A stretch of 64,000 bases of DNA from an uncultured Pseudomonadota bacterium. Lineage in GTDB: Bacteria; Vulcanimicrobiota; Vulcanimicrobiia; Eremiobacterales; Eremiobacteraceae. Under the pieces are notes generated by a model that did not search any database, was not told the DNA's origin, and worked only from the letters and a program-made list of their open reading frames with translations. Location of the stretch: contig CAVTNB010000003.1 of assembly GCA_963736005.1 (NCBI GenBank), positions 256,001 through 320,000 of the forward strand, given 5' to 3'. Position 1 is the stretch's first letter. Every line of letters starts with the position of its first letter. The position numbers and the translations under genes were made by a program. Shown here piece after piece: positions 58,531 to 64,000 of the stretch.

Positions 58531-59130
58531 CTATGCACTCGCAGGCAACGGCGACACCGGCCATGGGTTGTGGAGTGCAAGCCGCCGGATACCCTTGGGA
58601 TAGGTGGTCGGATGCAATCGCTCCCAGTCCTTAGAGAGAACCGTCACGTATTCAAAGTTTTCCCACAGGGCGCTACTCCCAGTAGCATCACGACTGAATG
58701 CGGTGAAACGCTCTAGAACGTTCCAGTTTCGAATGACGACAAAACAATAGCGATCAAGGAACAGCTTCTCATCGACAATCCCGTTCTTCACGAGAATTCC
58801 AAGCTCTTCGATACTGTTCCCAATGAGAACTGCCGCTTGGCGAAGTTCGACATATCCAGGCACAACGTCAAGGGTCGGCAGGCCTCGCCCGAGACCAACA
58901 ATATAGCCTCGGAATGTTGCGTCTTCAAGCGCGGACTTCAGCTGCCCAGAAACAAGATGTTGCGCCTCCTGAAACGCCTTGCTTTGGAACCTCTCTCCGA
59001 TATTGAGCATCGCATTGATCTGGTTTCCCGTCCGCAAGTGCCGTAGTTGCACCAGCGCTGCGATGGCGGTTGCAGCCACGATGACAACCGTCATGACGGT
59101 TCCGAAAGTATTAATGAGCTCGAGCGACAT
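58531..59130 (-). CDS. DUF4760-like membrane-anchored protein (paralog 1)
   Basis: VIVAATAIAALVQLRHLR..NQ, LVKNG, LWENFEY and YPKG. Confidence 0.7.
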   Translation of the reverse strand: MSLELINTFGTVMTVVIVAATAIAALVQLRHLRTGNQINAMLNIGERFQSKAFQEAQHLVSGQLKSALEDATFRGYIVGLGRGLPTLDVVPGYVELRQAAVLIGNSIEELGILVKNGIVDEKLFLDRYCFVVIRNWNVLERFTAFSRDATGSSALWENFEYVTVLSKDWERLHPTTYPKGIRRLALHNPWPVSPLPASA

Positions 59131-59285
59131 GGGGACCTCCAACCACAGATGCGGCTGCACCTAAGAAAGGCAGCAGCTGATACCCCATTAGTTTGGGTCG
59201 CCGGACGACGTGACCTCGATGGTGAGACTCATAGGACAATCACCATTCCTCCCAAACCTGTGCACCAAGCATGGGAGGTAACAAC

Positions 59286-59837
59286 ATGTCGCAAGAAACC
59301 TTGGCCACCGCGGCCGCCATCGGTACCTTTGTCGTCATAGCCGCGACCGCGATCGCAGCCGTCGTGCAGCTGCGTCATCTGCGGGCGCAGAATCAGTTGA
59401 CCGGCTTGCTCACGGTCTTGGCACGCGTGGAGGATCCGCAATTCAACGCGTGGGTAGATGCTGCGAGGAAAGTGATAAAATCGCGCATGTCCGAGCCAGC
59501 TTACCGACGCTCAATCGTGGACGGGACCTTTGAGCGCGATAGCAACCCGTGGTTAAACCTGGGAAATTCGTATGACTGGGTTGGCAGCCTCGTCAAGCAT
59601 AAGCTTATTCCTGAGGAGTCGCTGCTCGATGTGTATTCGGGCCGAGTTATTCAGGCGTGGGATATCGTTGAGAGCCTCGTCCCATTGATGCGTAGGCGGG
59701 GAGGTCAGGCGGTGTGGGAAAATTTTGAATACTTAGTCGTTCGAGCACGCGAATGGAACGTGCAAAATCCGAAAGGCGCTTATCCGAAAGGCGTGCCAAG
59801 ATTGCCGATTGATATCATGTGGCCCGAGCTCGCGTAG
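59286..59837 (+). CDS. DUF4760-like membrane-anchored protein (paralog 2)
   Basis: VVIAATAIAAVVQLRHLR..NQ, LVKHK, VWENFEY and YPKG; RBS GGAGG. Confidence 0.7.
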   Translation: MSQETLATAAAIGTFVVIAATAIAAVVQLRHLRAQNQLTGLLTVLARVEDPQFNAWVDAARKVIKSRMSEPAYRRSIVDGTFERDSNPWLNLGNSYDWVGSLVKHKLIPEESLLDVYSGRVIQAWDIVESLVPLMRRRGGQAVWENFEYLVVRAREWNVQNPKGAYPKGVPRLPIDIMWPELA

Positions 59838-59919
59838 ATAGCTCGTGTGGCCGCGATTGTCGGTTGCCTTGGAGCGCCTTACGAGTTTCTTGCTGCTCTT
59901 CTGTCACTGGCAAATGTTT

Positions 59920-60792
59920 TTATCCCGCTGGGTCACCGTGACGGGATCTGGAGCCATACCGTGAGGCATAGGCTCGCGTCATCACAGCTCCCAAGAGATA
60001 GATTTGCGCTGAATAATATAGCCATACGAGAATGACGATCATCGCCGTCGCTCGGCCATATTCAGTTTCTAATCCGCTGCGCACCATAAAGAATCCGATG
60101 CAAAATTGACCAGCGATGAACAGGATCGCGGTACTCGCCGCACCCACCCAGACGTCGGTCCACCGCACGTCCGTATCGGGCAAGACCTTGAACGTGACTC
60201 CGAATAGCAGCGTCGTTGCCGCAAGCGATATGAGAAGGTTGATCGCGTACAAGGACCACCCGGGAACCGGAGTCTGTCCAACCGCAGCATGATTTGCTGC
60301 CGCGATAAAAGTCGTCACGGCAACTAACGCGAGGATCAGAAGCACTGATCCAGCGACGAGGAGCACTGACAGAGCGCGTCGGCGAAGCGAGGAGACAATT
60401 CCACTGCCGCTGCGTGGCTTGACTTCCCATACGGTGTCGAGCGTCTGTTTGAGTTGTTCGAAGACGCCGGCTGCTCCAACAAGCAACAATATAGTGCTCA
60501 CGATGGACGGCACAAAGGTCGGCGACCGCTTCGAGAAGCTGGAAGCGAGCCCACGAATGATGCCGGTTGCATGCGAGCCGATGAGTGTCTTGAGCGGTCC
60601 CAAAATATCTGTCTGGGCCGCGCTTCTCCCAACGAAGACTCCTCCGACTTCTGTCAGGATGATGAGCAACGGCCCAAGCGACAAAGCCAGGTAAAAGGCG
60701 AGCCCGGCTGCTTGAAGAGATAAGCGATTCATCTGCCATTGGCGGATCGCGTCTCGCACGAGGAGGTCGAAAGCTTGGATTGACTGGCGCAC
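59920..60792 (-). CDS. YihY/virulence factor BrkB family protein
   Basis: AAGLAFYLALSLGP, FKVLPD and ILVWLYYSAQIYLLGA. Confidence 0.9.
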   Translation of the reverse strand: MRQSIQAFDLLVRDAIRQWQMNRLSLQAAGLAFYLALSLGPLLIILTEVGGVFVGRSAAQTDILGPLKTLIGSHATGIIRGLASSFSKRSPTFVPSIVSTILLLVGAAGVFEQLKQTLDTVWEVKPRSGSGIVSSLRRRALSVLLVAGSVLLILALVAVTTFIAAANHAAVGQTPVPGWSLYAINLLISLAATTLLFGVTFKVLPDTDVRWTDVWVGAASTAILFIAGQFCIGFFMVRSGLETEYGRATAMIVILVWLYYSAQIYLLGAVMTRAYASRYGSRSRHGDPAG

Positions 60793-60929
60793 AGATGACC
60801 TTGCAAGTTCGGCTGCGAACTTGCGCTGACCTAGCCCGCGACGGTGCTCCGAAGGAACCCGCGGAGGTGCACGTATTTGAGGTGCGCAACTGATAACATA
60901 TTCCGTAGTGGTGAAAGGCAGGTAGGCGC

Positions 60930-61694
60930 ATGCGCTGGATAAAGAACTTTGCGGTACCGTGCGTGATCCTGTTTGGAATCATGACCCTTGACGTGCGCGC
61001 AAGTGTGTCGCCTGGGACACCCGTTCCTGCAATCGTATTGCGAGCCGCTGCGGTGTATGCTACCAATGTGCGCGGCATCATCGGCATGCAACGTCACTTC
61101 TCGACAGTGCTTCACGCCGGACCGTTTCATCATACGGAGGACAGCGACAGCGGGCAATTAATGAGCGACGGGACATTTGTGAAGATCAAGTACATCAGAA
61201 TCGCCGATGATAATAAAGCATTTAGCGCACAACAGATCGCTCAGCGCGACTCGCAAACGAATCAGGACTGGGCTGTGGGGAAGATCTTCTTCAAAGAGCC
61301 TTATGACAAGCGCTTCATCGGCGATTATGTCTTCGACCCCCCGCAAGCATGCGCGGCGTGCCCCGCGGGAACCGTTGCCGTCGCCTTTGGGAGTGGCATC
61401 AAAGACACGCAACATGGCAGCGGAACGATGTGGATCGAGCTGGCGAACGGCCGCGTCGATAGGCTGACATACATCCCAAACGTGCTTCCGTCACATTCCA
61501 CCTTCGGCACTGTGACGGAGACGAGCGGATGGGCGATGCCCAACGTCTGGTACGTGACTCGAATTGACGGCACGTATCAAGGCACAGCTTTTCTGCTAAG
61601 AGGCACGGGGACGTTTACGGGTGTGTTCGACCACTTCCAGCGCTTTTCAGCGGTGACACAAGGCGAGGCTGCGCTTCATGACGGCACAATTTAA
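60930..61694 (+). CDS. Hypothetical secreted protein
   Basis: Signal peptide; beta-rich; CAACP. Confidence 0.65.
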   Translation: MRWIKNFAVPCVILFGIMTLDVRASVSPGTPVPAIVLRAAAVYATNVRGIIGMQRHFSTVLHAGPFHHTEDSDSGQLMSDGTFVKIKYIRIADDNKAFSAQQIAQRDSQTNQDWAVGKIFFKEPYDKRFIGDYVFDPPQACAACPAGTVAVAFGSGIKDTQHGSGTMWIELANGRVDRLTYIPNVLPSHSTFGTVTETSGWAMPNVWYVTRIDGTYQGTAFLLRGTGTFTGVFDHFQRFSAVTQGEAALHDGTI

Positions 61695-61884
61695 CCCATC
61701 GTTACCTCGGCGCCACGCCGAAACCCCAAACCTAGCGATTTCCGCACAGGACCGCTACAGACTCAAATTCGAACAAATACGACATTAAGTCCAGTCTCCG
61801 ATTGGGCGACCATGAGTTTCACGCCAGTGAAGCCTTGACTTACCCGACACTTGTTTGGTCGCGGTGTCGAACGAAAGGAAATTT

Positions 61885-62346
61885 ATGAAACGAGCAATCT
61901 TAGGGGTAGCCCTTATGGTCCTTGCCACGTTCAGTTTGGTGAGCATTTCGTCGGCGACAATGACGTCGAAGGCGAACGCATTGGCGCCCACGATCGTCAT
62001 GCCTGATGATCTCAAATGGGCGCCGGTCAACGGCCTCACCGGGGTTCAGATGGCTGTGGTTTGGGGTGATCCGAATAAGCCTGGACCGTACATAATACGC
62101 CTGAAACTCGTTGACGGCGCAATGGCACCACCACATTGGCATCCCGATGATGAGCGCGCAACGGTTCTCAGCGGAACGTTCATGGTCGGCGTGGGTGATA
62201 CGGTCGACCCCTCAAAGATGAAGGCACTCGGTGCTGGAGCATTTGTCTTCATTCCAAAAGGCGTGCACCACTACGCGCAGGCCAAGGGCGCGACCATCGT
62301 TCAGGTCAGCGGGATGGGTCCGTTCGTGATGAATATGGTAAAGTAA
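61885..62346 (+). CDS. Secreted cupin (DUF4437-like)
   Basis: GDPNKPGPY, PPHWHPDDERATVLSG and GVHHYA. Confidence 0.85.
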   Translation: MKRAILGVALMVLATFSLVSISSATMTSKANALAPTIVMPDDLKWAPVNGLTGVQMAVVWGDPNKPGPYIIRLKLVDGAMAPPHWHPDDERATVLSGTFMVGVGDTVDPSKMKALGAGAFVFIPKGVHHYAQAKGATIVQVSGMGPFVMNMVK

Positions 62347-62354
62347 GGTATCAG

Positions 62355-62383
62355 GCCGCGCCTGCTCATCGAGCAGGCGCGGC
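62355..62383. terminator. Hairpin between convergent genes
   Basis: Perfect 13-bp stem GCCGCGCCTGCTC / GAGCAGGCGCGGC, loop ATC. Confidence 0.65.
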
Positions 62384-62401
62384 GTCCTCATATCCCCGAT
62401 A

Positions 62402-62959
62402 TCAACCCCGCTCGTTCAATATGGTCAACAGCTCGTCGGTTGTGGCCGTCTCACCGATCCGAGGAAAAATCTTTTCGATGCTGTGTCGGTGCGCGTCGGC
62501 GTCAAGGTCAGTCATCGCATCCACTACTAGCACGACGTTATAGCCGCGATCGTACGCGTTACGCGCCGTCGACTCCACGCCGCGGCTCGTCGAGATTCCA
62601 GTGAAGACGACCTGGGTTACCTTGATTCGACGCAAGAATTGCTCCAAAGAGGTCCCATAGAACGCACCCACTTGCAGCTTGGTCACCGTGTGATCGCTCG
62701 GCTGCCGATCGAGCTCGGGAATCAGCTCCGTCCAGTCAGCCGGTGGTTTGAAATTTGATTTGACGTCGGTGCGCCCCGGAGCAAGAGCGGTGACGTTGAC
62801 GAGAACGACCGGCAAGCGATGCTCGCGGAAGGCCCGCGCTAGGCGCGCAACCCGATCGATGATTTCAGACGCGGGGTGAATGGTCGGCATTGCGACGACG
62901 CCTTTTTGCATGTCGATCACAACTAAGGCGGCAACACTGTCGATTTGCGTGAGTGGCAT
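62402..62959 (-). CDS. Isochorismatase family cysteine hydrolase-like protein
   Basis: ALVVIDMQ, K..GAFYGT.L and GISTSRGVESTAR.AYDRGY. Confidence 0.9.
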   Translation of the reverse strand: MPLTQIDSVAALVVIDMQKGVVAMPTIHPASEIIDRVARLARAFREHRLPVVLVNVTALAPGRTDVKSNFKPPADWTELIPELDRQPSDHTVTKLQVGAFYGTSLEQFLRRIKVTQVVFTGISTSRGVESTARNAYDRGYNVVLVVDAMTDLDADAHRHSIEKIFPRIGETATTDELLTILNERG

Positions 62960-63137
62960 TTGCCCTTCCCTTCCGATGAGAAGCTTGGAAATCGTTGCGG
63001 CTCCGGCGTGAACCGATGCCCGACGCTAATTGTCGCTGCACGAGACGTTTACCTGAAACGAGTGAGGCTCGGGTTTTGACTAGGAGAGGCGGTTTCGAGC
63101 GCTTAAAATTGCAAAGCACCAAGACCAGGAGGGCATT

Positions 63138-63722
63138 ATGGGTAGCAGTTCTGAAGCGGGAACACTCCGCTGGCTCACATCGGTTGACGACGCGGTTACG
63201 CAAGCAAAGTCGACCGGAAAACTTGTGCTCTTGGACTTCTTCAGCCCGACCTGAGGAGGTTGCAAAGCGCTGGATACCGTGACGTATCCTCAATCCTTCG
63301 TCCAAGCCATCATCAACGACTATTGCGTCCCTGTTCAGGTGAACAATACAATCGATGGGAACGAACCTGTCATCGAGCGGTTCCGTCATATCTGGACGCC
63401 CGATCTGCGCGTTCTTGATGAGAGCGCTCTCGAGCTGTACCACTGGAACGGCTATCTGCCGCCTGCGGAGTTCGCGGCGCGCCTGCTTGCCGGATTGGGG
63501 TTTGCCCGGCTACGGCTGCGCCAGTTCGAGGCAGCCGAAGGCCTGTACGCGGACGCTCTACGCCGTTTCCCGACGACGTTCGCAGCACCGGAAGCGCAGT
63601 ACTTCAGCGCGGTGACGGGCTATCGCAAGACGGGCGAAGCCAACGCCCTGCTGCATGGCTGGCACGAGCTCGAAAAGACCTACCCGCAGTCAGAATGGAC
63701 TGCAAAACAGAACTTCGATTGA
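63138..63722 (+). CDS. Probable selenoprotein: thioredoxin-fold (UGGC) plus C-terminal TPR-like helices, 194 aa
   Basis: RBS AGGAGG plus ATG 63138. Reads ...KLVLLDFFSPT-TGA-GGCKALDTVTYP in frame with ORF 63279-63722; TGA at 63252-63254 is codon 39. Confidence 0.82.
63255..63299 (+). promoter_or_regulatory. Candidate bacterial SECIS element
   Basis: Upper stem GGATAC / GTATCC with loop CGTGAC starting 23 nt after the UGA; lower stem GGAGG-TTG / CAA-T-CCTTC. Confidence 0.65.
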
Positions 63723-63788
63723 AGAAGCGGCGCCAGCAATGGACAGGCTAAAGGATGGCGACGCACCCAACTGTGAGAAGAATACCAA

Positions 63789-64000
63789 ATGTTAAGGCGC
63801 TATGCTTTGGTGGTAGTTGTTGCAAGTGCGCTGGCGGTCGCTGCCGCGCACGCCGACGAACCCGAAACTAAGCAAACCCCAAACTCACAAATCATTGTGT
63901 TAAACTGCTACCCGCACGAGCACGGCGCTGGGGTATCGCATCCATGGATCGATCCGTATGGAAACTGGCACTATACCGGTGCATTCCCAAATGATGAGGG
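63789..64000 (+). CDS. Hypothetical secreted protein (3' partial)
   Basis: MLRRYALVVVVASALAVAAAHA signal peptide; frame open to the window end. Confidence 0.6.
   Translation, partial: MLRRYALVVVVASALAVAAAHADEPETKQTPNSQIIVLNCYPHEHGAGVSHPWIDPYGNWHYTGAFPNDE

Noticed and set aside
63279..63722. 147-aa ORF as a stand-alone gene starting at GTG
   Set aside because: It would lack the N-terminal thioredoxin strand and active site. The GGAGG after the TGA is about 19 nt from this GTG, too far for an RBS. Read-through from 63138 explains it better.
1..64000. tRNA/rRNA genes, transposases, integrases, RAYT, prophage or recognisable defence systems
   Set aside because: No such motifs were recognised by eye. 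A tRNAscan, Infernal or HMM run would be needed to exclude divergent cases.

Overview
GC-rich bacterial window. The lineage is possibly Ca. Eremiobacterota/WPS-2 or another diderm Terrabacterium; this is a tentative inference from gene content. Positions 1-25.3 kb are mostly core genes: a SirB1-like protein, pepP, an M20 amidohydrolase, TonB, two large TPR proteins, trxB, cysK and a complete 14-gene nuoA-N operon. Positions 25.3-64 kb are an accessory mosaic of small enzymes, secreted or lipoproteins and VOC genes (six VOC genes in the whole window). The four main observations are: (1) A thioredoxin-fold/TPR gene at 63138-63722 that the ORF track splits at an in-frame TGA. The TGA forms a UGGC (UxxC) motif and is followed by a SECIS-like hairpin, so it is a probable selenoprotein. 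(2) Three sequence-distinct 25-nt REP-like families share one architecture (GTAG-N plus a 20-nt palindrome). They form a tandem array, bracket a VOC gene, supply stop codons, and sit in frame inside complex I genes: a 60-bp inverted doublet in nuoG and a REP-built C-terminal tail of nuoM. (3) A candidate terpenoid locus: a squalene/phytoene synthase divergent from a degenerate DDxxD isoprenoid-synthase gene that is coupled to an HlyD/ABC exporter and cdh. (4) Candidate Rex and LexA operators. No rRNA, tRNA, CRISPR array, transposase or integrase was recognised. All family calls come from reading motifs by eye; no database search was run.
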